From: an uncultured Poribacteria bacterium | GTDB taxonomy: Bacteria > Poribacteria > WGA-4E > WGA-3G | Assembly (NCBI GenBank): GCA_951813565.1 | Contig: OX638351.1 | Location: forward strand, 4,384,001 to 4,448,000 | DNA length: 64,000 nt | Direction: 5' to 3' | Shown here: positions 29,882-38,866 of the stretch, one piece after another | Position numbering within the stretch: position 1 is the first letter of the stretch | Layout: each line of letters opens with the position of its first letter | Notes under the pieces: model-generated | Told to the model about the DNA's origin: nothing | Seen by the model: only the letters and a program-made list of their open reading frames with translations | The model's database searches: none | Translations under genes and position numbers: made by a program

Positions 29882-29907
29882 GTCGCGAGCTGGAGCTCGC
29901 TCCTACA
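29882..29907. repeat. GTAG-type REP (also at 11429-11492 and 20921-20964)
   Basis: GTCGCGAGCTGGAGCTCGCTCCTACA is identical to 11467-11492 and the reverse complement of 20921-20946. Confidence 0.8.
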
Positions 29908-29964
29908 GGAAGAGTCTTGCTGTGCTATAAATAACTTACTCATAATTTGAAAGTAGGTATAGTA

Positions 29965-30732
29965 CTACTTTTCGAGTGCCTGCATTTCCGCTTCTGTTAA
30001 CTGCCATTCAAAGATGTCTAAGTTTTCACGCAGATGTGGTTCTGAACCGGATTTTGGGATAACAACAATTTCTTTCTGAATCAGCCATCGTAATGCGACT
30101 TGTGCAGCTGTTTTTCCGTGTCTGTTGCCGATTTCTGCTAATTCCGTGTCTCCTGCGAGGTTTCCTACAGCAAGTGGCCTGTGAGCAGTGATAGGGATGT
30201 TCCGTGTTTCGCAATGCTCTCGCAACGCTTCCTTGTTATTGCGGACATGATATTCAACTTGATTTGTGCAAATCGGCAGTTCAGATACCTTGCATGCTCT
30301 GTCAACTTGTTCAATACTAAAATTGCTGATACCGATGCTTTTCACCTTGCCCGCGTCGTAGATCTTTTGGAAGGCCCCAAATGTTTCTTCAAACGGGATC
30401 GTGTCACTTGGCCAGTGGATTAACAACAGATCAACATAATCCATCTGCAGATCGCTTATACATACCTCAAACTGGCTTAGTACATCGGCATGTTTCAGAT
30501 GGGTATGCCAAATTTTGGTTGTAATAAAGAGGTCTTCACGTTCAACGTTTATATTTCGAAGTGCTTTCCCTATTTGTCGTTGGTTTTCGTACATCCACGC
30601 CGTATCAATGTGGGTATATCCCATTTCAATTGCTATTTTGATAATCCGTTCACACTGTCTACCTTTTAGTTGCCAGGTTCCTAAGCCTAACATAGGCATT
30701 TCGTGTCCTGATGCAAGTTTGACGTTTTTCAT
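29965..30732 (-). CDS. Aldo/keto reductase
   Basis: 'GLGTW', 'DTA..Y.N', 'TTK', 'DL.LIHWP', 'GISNF', 'IPKS'. Confidence 0.94.
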   Translation of the reverse strand: MKNVKLASGHEMPMLGLGTWQLKGRQCERIIKIAIEMGYTHIDTAWMYENQRQIGKALRNINVEREDLFITTKIWHTHLKHADVLSQFEVCISDLQMDYVDLLLIHWPSDTIPFEETFGAFQKIYDAGKVKSIGISNFSIEQVDRACKVSELPICTNQVEYHVRNNKEALREHCETRNIPITAHRPLAVGNLAGDTELAEIGNRHGKTAAQVALRWLIQKEIVVIPKSGSEPHLRENLDIFEWQLTEAEMQALEK

Positions 30733-30826
30733 AACTACAATGCGGGTCTCCAAACAATACCCAACCTCTCCTTTTTAAATGCATGATAGTCAATTCTAAA
30801 AAAAAGTCAAGAGAAATGTGATGCCT

Positions 30827-31861
30827 GGGTGTGTAAAGTTTTTTGCATGAGCATCACGCAGCTTTTGTATCTGGGAACCAATACCTATCCCAAGCCTTAT
30901 TCTTGGACAAACATCGCCACTTCAGCACGGCATTGATACCCGGTTTCTCCCACCTCACAGATGCTTGTTTACATCTCTGCCCCACAACATGTGGACAAGC
31001 ACTTTCAATCACACCGCTTCCGATTTGATAGCCTTTTTCTCTAAACGCTTTATACTGCGGACGCTTCTTATGTTTTTCAAAATAGCCTGCCTCTCTTTCT
31101 AAACTATCCGATACTTCCGGATGCTGTGTGGCTAAAGCACGGATGCGCGCAACAACCTCTGTAATGTTGCCATCCTGAAGGAGAAGTTCCGTCTCTTTTA
31201 CCCAAGTTTCTACGACTTCTGTTTCTGTCTCACCGAAGGCAACTTTAGCAACATCGGACAGATGAGATTTCGCATGCATGTAATCCACAATCTCAACAGC
31301 ATTCGGGAAGTATTCATTCGCAATGTTCCAAATCCACGCAGCACCATCGCCTCTGCTACACGATGTGTGTATTGATCCAATAACTTCTGTTTAGCATCCC
31401 ACGGCGCATGACGATGTCCTTGTTCACAACAATACACCCAACGATTTACGCTTATTTTGCCACAAAGTGTTGTAAAATGACGCTCACGCATACGCAATGG
31501 ACGACAAGGTTCTTGACACGCTGGACAGACAACAGGTTCACTCTCTTTCTCACCTGCCTTTTGAGAGACACACATTTCTAAAAACTTTTGTTCAAAAGAA
31601 CGAAAGTTTTCGGAAACGCGGACTTCAACATCACCTAAAGATAAACTCTCGTCAGAACTGATGTTTTCATAAAGATCGTTTGCTTCTTTTACAAACTTGT
31701 TAAAACCTGCTTTAGAATCGTTGCTTTCACAACCACTTAATGATATACTTAGCATTGGTATCCTTCCTAAAAAAGTATCTTATTTATGAGGTCAGGATAC
31801 CATTTGTATACATTCTGTGCAAGAACTCCATTCAATGTCATGCCAAAAACTTTACACACCC
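30827..31861 (-). mobile_element. ISKra4/ISLre2-like (IS256 superfamily) IS, internally deleted
   Basis: 24-bp TIR GGGTGTGTAAAGTTTTT[T/G]GCATGA; transposase fragments 'CPAC', 'GDGAAWIW...DYMHA', 'IGSGVIESAC'. Confidence 0.85.
30854..31755 (-). pseudogene. Transposase remnant (N- and C-terminal parts out of frame)
   Basis: ORF 31755-31210 switches near 31350 to the frame that encodes GDGAAWIWNIANEYFP; the central region is missing. Confidence 0.8.
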
Positions 31862-31924
31862 TTTTCTGTCTGCATCGCGGATTTCGCAGATTGTAAGAAA
31901 ACTTGAATAATTATGAACAAACAA

Positions 31925-34900
31925 CTATTCTTCAGATTGGGTTGCTTCCGCAAACGCGCCGACGCGGCAGACTCGTTTATAAGCACAGTAACTACAAGGT
32001 ACAGTAATGTCTTTAGGTGTGATAGGTGCATCGCCTTCCACTTCTGAGTCTACAAACGTATCAACACGCGTAATGAGGGGAAAGATACCGTTAGCGATAC
32101 TGTCAACATACTGTTGGATATAACCGTTGACTCGCTCAAGCCGCCTGTCAAAAAGTTCATCGTCTAATAACTGCCCGCTTTTATTCGCCATTTTCCATTC
32201 GTTACCGTTGAAAGTTCTATAAGCAATGTCATTGAAGGATTCGGTGCCGATGCCGAGTTCAACTTTGCATTCGTCCAGTCTGATTTTGTGATAAAGTCCA
32301 GACGCAGGTTTTAATCCTGTCAGTCCATGTTCGCCTAACAAATCCTCCGCAATTTGGAGGTAGATCGGGAGTTGCAGACTCCGACCTTCAAGAATATCTC
32401 GAATTCTAATCGTTGAACTTCCTGTCTTATAATCAATTATATTAAAAACCCCTTCACCTATATCAATACGATCGATTTTGCCTTTCATAAACACGTCGCC
32501 AATGGTAATCGGTTTAGAGCAACTGAGTTTCGGATCACCATGTTCATCCAATGATCCGATAGTAGCCTCAAAGAAGCGTGGCACAACATGTAGATTGTAG
32601 GCGCGTTCAGCTTCAAGCCATTTATGTAGTGCGGTCTGGAGTTTTTCCATTTCTATTTTCCAAAAAAGATTGTTTTCACTGATTTCCTTGCGTCCATTAC
32701 GTTTTTCTTCAGATATGGAGTATAGCAGTTCATCTAATTGTTGTTTTGCTTGTTCAAAGATTTCATCGGAACATAGTCCAATTGACGGGTCTTCGTTGTC
32801 ACGACGGTTCTTGTAAAATTCGCAGAGAACTTCATGAATCAACGATCCTTTTTCAAGGCTGGATGGTTCCTCTTCAACGTCTTCCTCTTTCACTTTAGAT
32901 ACTAAGACTTTAGCAACAAAATACTGAAAAGGACACTTTGCATAAGTCTCCAAATCTGTGACAGAATATACCTGATTACGGAGTGTTACCAAATTATCTT
33001 GACTGTCCGGCGTTAATTCTTTTGCATTTAAGATTCCATCATACATCTGTTTATCGTGCGTTTGCTCACGACTCTTTTCAACCGAAACAACATGTTTTAT
33101 TCGAGGACGCATGTCCACCATTTCAGCAGGGAAATCCGTGTCGGAAGGTGTATCTGCTGCCCATACATGATTGCCGTAAGCACTTAGGAAACCAGGGACG
33201 CTTCTTCGCGTAGGATTAGCAATTTCTTTTGTTCCAATGCTCGCGACTGCTGCTAATTGTGTTAGGAACAGGGAGGGTATTAACTCTGATACATTTTCGC
33301 GTTTCGGCACAAGAAGATATAATCGTTCGCGAAAGGATTTAAGTATCCGATAGAATAGGAATCGATTGTCGTATAGTTGTTCATCCTCAGTACGATACGG
33401 GGTGTCTGGGAGCAGTGGATCGGGGCGATATGTCGGTGGGAATCCACCCTCTACAAAATCGCCTAAAAAGACAGTCTCAAACTCTAAACTTCTAAGTTCA
33501 CCGAGTGTGGCAATTTTGACCGTTTCAATCTTTGTCGATGCCCTGTTTTGATAGTGTGTGTGCTTTGCGATATAGTGGAGTTTTTTTGTATAATGTTCAA
33601 GAGGGTATGACTTCTTGCCTTCCGATTGTAATACAGTACAAAGTTCTTTAACGATTTTTTTGAATTGCTGGAGTGCGTTTACCTCACCTTCAACGATTTC
33701 ACGATTTACTAATAGCATCGGGTTTAGAATATGTTGGAGGACTTCGCCATTATTCAGTAAATTGTTAACATATTCCTGAAATTCATTGGGTGGAAATGTG
33801 CGTGTATCTGATACTGGTTTGACATCAGAAAAATAGGTGTTGCCTATAGACACTCGTTTTGCTGTAAGTCGAGAAAAAATTTCTTTAACAACTTCTGATT
33901 TCGTCAACGGAATGCTTTCTGAAAGCGAATATGGAATTCCGAAAGCGGGAAAAGTCTCAGCAATCCGCTGTTGATATTGGCTCACATTATAGTAGGCAAC
34001 ACAGATGTCTCCGAGTTTACAGTCGCCATCTGATACATGTTTTTGAATAAGATAAGCGATCTGATCTACCTCTTCTGATCGGTCAGTAGGTTTCAAAACG
34101 GTAATCTGATTTTTTAGATCAATTTTGTGATTTGAGGTAGTGTTCGTTTGAAACAAATTCTTTGCGAAATGCTTGTGTCGGTCATGATCGCGTTCATACT
34201 CGGAATCAATATAAACATTTGCATCTTTAAATTCTTGCACAAGATAAGTAATATTTTTATTGAGGTTTTCATTTTCTGAAAAACAGTCAGTGCGAAACCA
34301 CATCTCAATATCAGGTATTCCGGCGATGCGTTTTAAGATTTTAATGTCTGCTTTAGAAAGCACGGTAAAACCTTCAACAACAATAAGGTCGACAAATGGG
34401 AACGCACGCTTGATAAAATCATCTTCAAAATTGTTCGCCAAATAAAGGTGTTTGCCTTTCTCATCTATCCAATGATCCGTGAGTTTCTTCTCATACTTGT
34501 TGTAAATTTCGGCAAGGTCCGCTTTAGTTAGGTTGTCTATGGCAATGTTTTGGACAGTCTCGTCGCGTTCTTTGAGGTTATTTATCGTATTTGTGATGAG
34601 GGAGAGTGTGCTGTCAGGAACGGAAATATTTTGGTTGGGTCGGAATGCATTAAAACTGTAAGGAACAGCATTATCTGGTTCAGGGTTAGCTATTTCGTGA
34701 AGCCAGAGGTTTTGAAGTCCTGATGAGATAGGTTTTCTTGGGGAACGAACTTGGTTGTACAACCGTTGGACAATATTTTCAATACCATACACATGCAAAT
34801 TGGCAACTGCCCGGTTTGGGTCATATCCGATTAGCTCGCGTTGGCGTTTCAGGCGCGCAGTATCAGTCGGGACAATGACAACAAAGGTGTCTGCCTCGTT

Positions 34901-34942
34901 ATTTTGGATACGGGCTTTAAGGATGTCTTCTATATTTTGCAT
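31925..34942 (-). CDS. AddB/RexB-like protein with C-terminal PD-(D/E)XK nuclease and 4-Cys Fe-S motif
   Basis: 'YSVTDLETYAKCPFQYF', 'GSLIHEVL', 'GKIDRID', 'IIDYKTG', 'LQLPIY', 'CSYCAYKRVC'. Confidence 0.85.
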   Translation of the reverse strand: MQNIEDILKARIQNNEADTFVVIVPTDTARLKRQRELIGYDPNRAVANLHVYGIENIVQRLYNQVRSPRKPISSGLQNLWLHEIANPEPDNAVPYSFNAFRPNQNISVPDSTLSLITNTINNLKERDETVQNIAIDNLTKADLAEIYNKYEKKLTDHWIDEKGKHLYLANNFEDDFIKRAFPFVDLIVVEGFTVLSKADIKILKRIAGIPDIEMWFRTDCFSENENLNKNITYLVQEFKDANVYIDSEYERDHDRHKHFAKNLFQTNTTSNHKIDLKNQITVLKPTDRSEEVDQIAYLIQKHVSDGDCKLGDICVAYYNVSQYQQRIAETFPAFGIPYSLSESIPLTKSEVVKEIFSRLTAKRVSIGNTYFSDVKPVSDTRTFPPNEFQEYVNNLLNNGEVLQHILNPMLLVNREIVEGEVNALQQFKKIVKELCTVLQSEGKKSYPLEHYTKKLHYIAKHTHYQNRASTKIETVKIATLGELRSLEFETVFLGDFVEGGFPPTYRPDPLLPDTPYRTEDEQLYDNRFLFYRILKSFRERLYLLVPKRENVSELIPSLFLTQLAAVASIGTKEIANPTRRSVPGFLSAYGNHVWAADTPSDTDFPAEMVDMRPRIKHVVSVEKSREQTHDKQMYDGILNAKELTPDSQDNLVTLRNQVYSVTDLETYAKCPFQYFVAKVLVSKVKEEDVEEEPSSLEKGSLIHEVLCEFYKNRRDNEDPSIGLCSDEIFEQAKQQLDELLYSISEEKRNGRKEISENNLFWKIEMEKLQTALHKWLEAERAYNLHVVPRFFEATIGSLDEHGDPKLSCSKPITIGDVFMKGKIDRIDIGEGVFNIIDYKTGSSTIRIRDILEGRSLQLPIYLQIAEDLLGEHGLTGLKPASGLYHKIRLDECKVELGIGTESFNDIAYRTFNGNEWKMANKSGQLLDDELFDRRLERVNGYIQQYVDSIANGIFPLITRVDTFVDSEVEGDAPITPKDITVPCSYCAYKRVCRVGAFAEATQSEE

Positions 34943-34974
34943 TTTGTGGGAGTTTGGTAAGTGGAACGTGTTTA

Positions 34975-36867
34975 CTATCTAACTTGTGTACCAAGAGGAA
35001 CTTCTGTTTCAGGACTTGCTAACACCACCGCATCACCGCTCGCCGCGAGAATCATGCCGTGCGATTCAACATTGCGGATTGTCGCGGGTTCTAAATTTAC
35101 GACTACAATTACTTGTCTGCCTACCAATGTATCTGGCTGATAGTGTTCTGCTATTCCTGCGACTACTTGCCGTTTTTCTGTGCCGAGGTCTACCTGTAGT
35201 TTGAGGAGACGATCCGCGCCTTCAATTGGCTCAGCGGAGGTGACACACCCAACCCGTAAATCCAGTTTTTGAAAGTCGGCAAACGAGATAAGGTTGCTCT
35301 TTTTCTCTTGCGACTTTTGTTTGGGTTTAGCTGCTTTCGGTTGTGTTGCTTTTTCTTTTTTGAGATCAATACGCGGGAAGATAGGTTCACCTTTGCTGAC
35401 CTTTAGGTCTACAGGTAAACGTCCCCATTCTGCAGTGATATCAAATTCTGCTAAACCGATCTGTTTCTGAATTTTCTCAGCGGTGTCTGGAATAAAAGGT
35501 GAAATTAAGACTGAAACGAACCGCAGTGCCTCTAAGCTATTGTAAAGGATAGTTCCCATCCTCGGCTTTGTCTCTGGCTTCGCGAGCGTCCAGACTTCTG
35601 TCTGTTGCACATAACGGTTGACGCGCCGCACAAATTCCCAAATAGTTTCCAATGCGCTGTCAAATGCATAAGTTTCTATGTGCGCGTCTAATCCATCAAG
35701 CGTCTTTTGTGCCATCTCTTTGATTTCATTGTCAAACTCTCCCGGTGTTGTCGGTGCGGGAATACCCTCAAAATTTTTATTGAGCAAACCGAGGACGCGA
35801 TTCAGCAGATTGCCTAAATCGTTTGCAAGATCAGCATTATAGCGTTCATGCAAACGAGTAGGACGGTAGTCACCATCATTGCCAAAACTAAATTCACGGA
35901 GGAGATAATAACGGAATGTATCTAATCCGTAAGTTTCGATGTCCTTGTCCATATCAATGACAATACCGCGCGTTTTGCTCAGAGCTTCGCCATCCTTTGT
36001 CAGCCAACCGTGTGCGACTACCTGCTTTGGAAGTGGCAAGTTAACAGCCATCAACATTGCGGGCCAGATCAGTGCATGAAAACGGGTAATGTCCTTTGCC
36101 ATCATGTGGACATTGGCGGGCCAAAAGGTGTGGTACCGCTCATTGTCGGTCTCATAACCGAGTGCTGTCATATAGTTCATCAACGCTTCGATCCAGACAT
36201 AGACGATATGCTCAGGATCAAACGGTAAAGAGATACCCCATGAGACGGAGGAACGAGATATGCTTATATCCTCTAATCCAGAATCGAGTACGCTCAAGAG
36301 TTCATTGCGCCTACTTTCGGGATAGATAAATAGTGGGTTTTCGTGGATGTGCTTGAGTAAACGGTCTTGATATTTTGATAGTCTAAAGAAGTAATTCTCT
36401 TCCTCAATCCATTCTAAAGGCAACTTGTGGATAGGACAGATTTTTTCGTCTGTTAACTCCTTTTCAGGAACGAATCGCTCACACGGTCGGCAATAGTAGC
36501 CCTCATAGGGACCTTTGTAAATATCTCCGCTGTCGTAGAGGGCAGTAAGAAATTTCTTAGCACCGCGCTTATGCATGTCGCTTGTGGTGCGTAGAAAGAT
36601 GTCGTGCGAGATGTTCAGTCGTCTCCAAAGTTTGGTAAATATGGGTGTCATCTTATCGCAATACACTTGCGGGTCAAGACCTGCGTTCTCAGCGGCTTTA
36701 TGGACGTTTGCGCCGTGCTCATCAACACCAGTGAGGAAGAAGACCTCATCTCCTTTGATGCGGTGATAGCGTGCCAAGACATCAGAAACGATGGTGGTAT
36801 AGGCGTGCCCTGCGTGTGGTTCACCGTTAACGTAGTAGATGGGTGTAGTAATGTAAAATGTGCTCAT
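34975..36867 (-). CDS. metG: Methionyl-tRNA synthetase with C-terminal tRNA-binding domain
   Basis: 'YITTPIYYVN..PHAGH', 'GVDEHG', KMSKS-like 'ALSKT', 'LANDLGNL', C-terminal OB fold. Confidence 0.97.
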   Translation of the reverse strand: MSTFYITTPIYYVNGEPHAGHAYTTIVSDVLARYHRIKGDEVFFLTGVDEHGANVHKAAENAGLDPQVYCDKMTPIFTKLWRRLNISHDIFLRTTSDMHKRGAKKFLTALYDSGDIYKGPYEGYYCRPCERFVPEKELTDEKICPIHKLPLEWIEEENYFFRLSKYQDRLLKHIHENPLFIYPESRRNELLSVLDSGLEDISISRSSVSWGISLPFDPEHIVYVWIEALMNYMTALGYETDNERYHTFWPANVHMMAKDITRFHALIWPAMLMAVNLPLPKQVVAHGWLTKDGEALSKTRGIVIDMDKDIETYGLDTFRYYLLREFSFGNDGDYRPTRLHERYNADLANDLGNLLNRVLGLLNKNFEGIPAPTTPGEFDNEIKEMAQKTLDGLDAHIETYAFDSALETIWEFVRRVNRYVQQTEVWTLAKPETKPRMGTILYNSLEALRFVSVLISPFIPDTAEKIQKQIGLAEFDITAEWGRLPVDLKVSKGEPIFPRIDLKKEKATQPKAAKPKQKSQEKKSNLISFADFQKLDLRVGCVTSAEPIEGADRLLKLQVDLGTEKRQVVAGIAEHYQPDTLVGRQVIVVVNLEPATIRNVESHGMILAASGDAVVLASPETEVPLGTQVR

Positions 36868-37079
36868 TAGTATTTCTTTTGTTGAATCCCGTTTAGGTTC
36901 GGATCGCTGTTTGTAGTATGAGTTGGACTATTTGGGGACGCAATCAGCTTGTCATCAAACAATTCAAATTCTATCCTAACGGGGCTTGTTTGTCAAGGGC
37001 TTTTGAACGAGGAACAGGGTTATTTAGTTTTCGGTTTTTCTGCTATATTTTTTCACATTTCTATAAACTATCTGTCCGT

Positions 37080-37540
37080 CGGGTAGAGTTTGCGAAACCC
37101 ATAAATCAACGCTATGAATGCCTTTTGGCGGAATACGCTTTTGGTATTCCGCATGATTCAGCCAAATCAACGCTGAATACGCGTCCGGTATTCAGCGGAT
37201 GTCAATTTAAGGAATATTATCCGTTTTTTGGATATGTATAGCCCCAGAGGGGCGAAAGGTGTCCAGAACAATCGGAACACCCATTCACAAAGCCCCAGGA
37301 ATCAACGCCAAATGCGCTTGGCAGAATGCGCTTTTGGCATTCTGCATGATTTGTCGGGGGCGACAGGTGTCCATTAGATGTGGTTGTCGGACACCTTTCG
37401 CACCGCTGGGGCTGTGCACCCATTACAAATAAACACCGTTTGCTCATACTGTGCACTAAATTGACACCTATGGGTAGAGCGTGCTACACCTGACAGGATA
37501 TAAACGTGTCGGGTGTAGCACGCTCTACCCGACCTACGAA
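37080..37540. repeat. Composite REP/MITE/hairpin-unit cluster
   Basis: GTCAATTTAAG...AATTGACACCTATG element; hairpin units at 37103-37196 and 37300-37356. Confidence 0.7.
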
Positions 37541-37617
37541 ATAAACTATACCACGCCATCTCAGTAATTCGGAGAGTTTAGCGGTAATTCTATTCTGGAA
37601 CAACTGAACACAGATTT

Positions 37618-37830
37618 CTACACACCATTTTCCGGAACCCAATCCGCTGTGGCTTCAGCAAATTCCTTAGAAAGCTCCTCAGAAATAGTCTGTTCAAGTA
37701 GTTCAATCAGGTCCTCTCGGAATTTTACCCAGTCATCACCGCGGCGAGTAAAACGGTGCATATCCTCAATTTCAACAAACATTGTGTCCTGCGGTTCAGA
37801 CATTGATTCTAAATATCGTTTGACTTGCAT
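37618..37830 (-). CDS. Small acidic hypothetical protein (70 aa)
   Basis: ATG with GAGGTG RBS; non-repetitive sequence. Confidence 0.65.
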   Translation of the reverse strand: MQVKRYLESMSEPQDTMFVEIEDMHRFTRRGDDWVKFREDLIELLEQTISEELSKEFAEATADWVPENGV

Positions 37831-37862
37831 TTTTCACCTCATTAATAATTTCCGTTAACTCA

Positions 37863-38155
37863 TACCAGATTAACTTGATTCCAATCTATCGGTGCGGTGA
37901 ATCAACGCCAAATAAGCGTTTGGCGGGAACGACATAGCACTATACACATTTCGCCCCGCTGGGGCTCAAAAAAGCTTCTTAACCGTTTTCTATACACATT
38001 TCGCCCCGCTGGGGCTCAACACAACTACAAGCGCGGACTCATTTCCTTAAATTGACTTCTATGGTGTGGTGAATCAACGCCAAATAAGTGTTTGGTATTT
38101 GTTGGGAAACCGCACCTACCACCCGAAAAATAAGATAATTTCCGTTAATTTGATA
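37863..38155. mobile_element. IS630-type MITE (inverted relative of 20741-21246)
   Basis: Ends TACCAGATTAACTTGATTC and CCGTTAATTTGATA; flanks TCA/TTA; internal duplicated TATACACATTTCGCCCCGCTGGGGCTCAA. Confidence 0.65.
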
Positions 38156-38169
38156 TTACTTATCAATTT

Positions 38170-38856
38170 TTATGATGCTTGCATCCATTCGTGAATTTCC
38201 CAATCTGTTTCAAGTGCTTTCTTGCGTAGTGCTTTGCTTGGATTGACAGCAATTGGATTCCCCACGGCATCCAACATAGGCAGATCAGATTGGCTATCAC
38301 TATAAGCATAGCAATCATCAAGTGGAACATTAGCTTGCTCAGCAAACTTTTTCAACGCAATTGCTTTTTGCTCTCCGATAAGCGGTTCAGTTGTCAGTTC
38401 ACCTATAAACTTTCCGCTCTGTTCTGCAAGTTCAGCGGCTAAAACAGAATCCACACCGAAATATGCTGCAATCGGCTGGACAATAAAGTCAAGCGAACCC
38501 GTCAGTAGGACAACATGGTGTCCTTGTTCTTTATGCGCCTCTATTTGCGAAATAGCTTCAGGAAATATCTTCTGACGAAGGTAATTCTCAAACATATCAG
38601 TTGCTGACGCCTTTACCGCTGTAGCATCCATGCCACGATAATTCCGATAGAAAACCTGATTAAATCTTTCCCTGCTAATCCGATCAAGAATTAGGTAGTA
38701 TATAATTTTTGGAAGAAAACCGATAGTCCAGAAGAATTTTTGAATAGAAGACAGCGAGGCGGTCCGCAGCCAGATGTAGCAATGTGCAATAGTCGAACTC
38801 AGCAACGTGCCATCTACATCAAAAAAGGCGATAGCTTTTTTCTGCATCGATTCCAT
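38170..38856 (-). CDS. HAD-IB family hydrolase (phosphoserine-phosphatase-like)
   Basis: 'AFFDVDGTL', 'LTGS', 'K', 'AYSDS.SD.PML..VGNP.AVNP'. Confidence 0.9.
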   Translation of the reverse strand: MESMQKKAIAFFDVDGTLLSSTIAHCYIWLRTASLSSIQKFFWTIGFLPKIIYYLILDRISRERFNQVFYRNYRGMDATAVKASATDMFENYLRQKIFPEAISQIEAHKEQGHHVVLLTGSLDFIVQPIAAYFGVDSVLAAELAEQSGKFIGELTTEPLIGEQKAIALKKFAEQANVPLDDCYAYSDSQSDLPMLDAVGNPIAVNPSKALRKKALETDWEIHEWMQAS

Positions 38857-38866
38857 TCTAAATATC

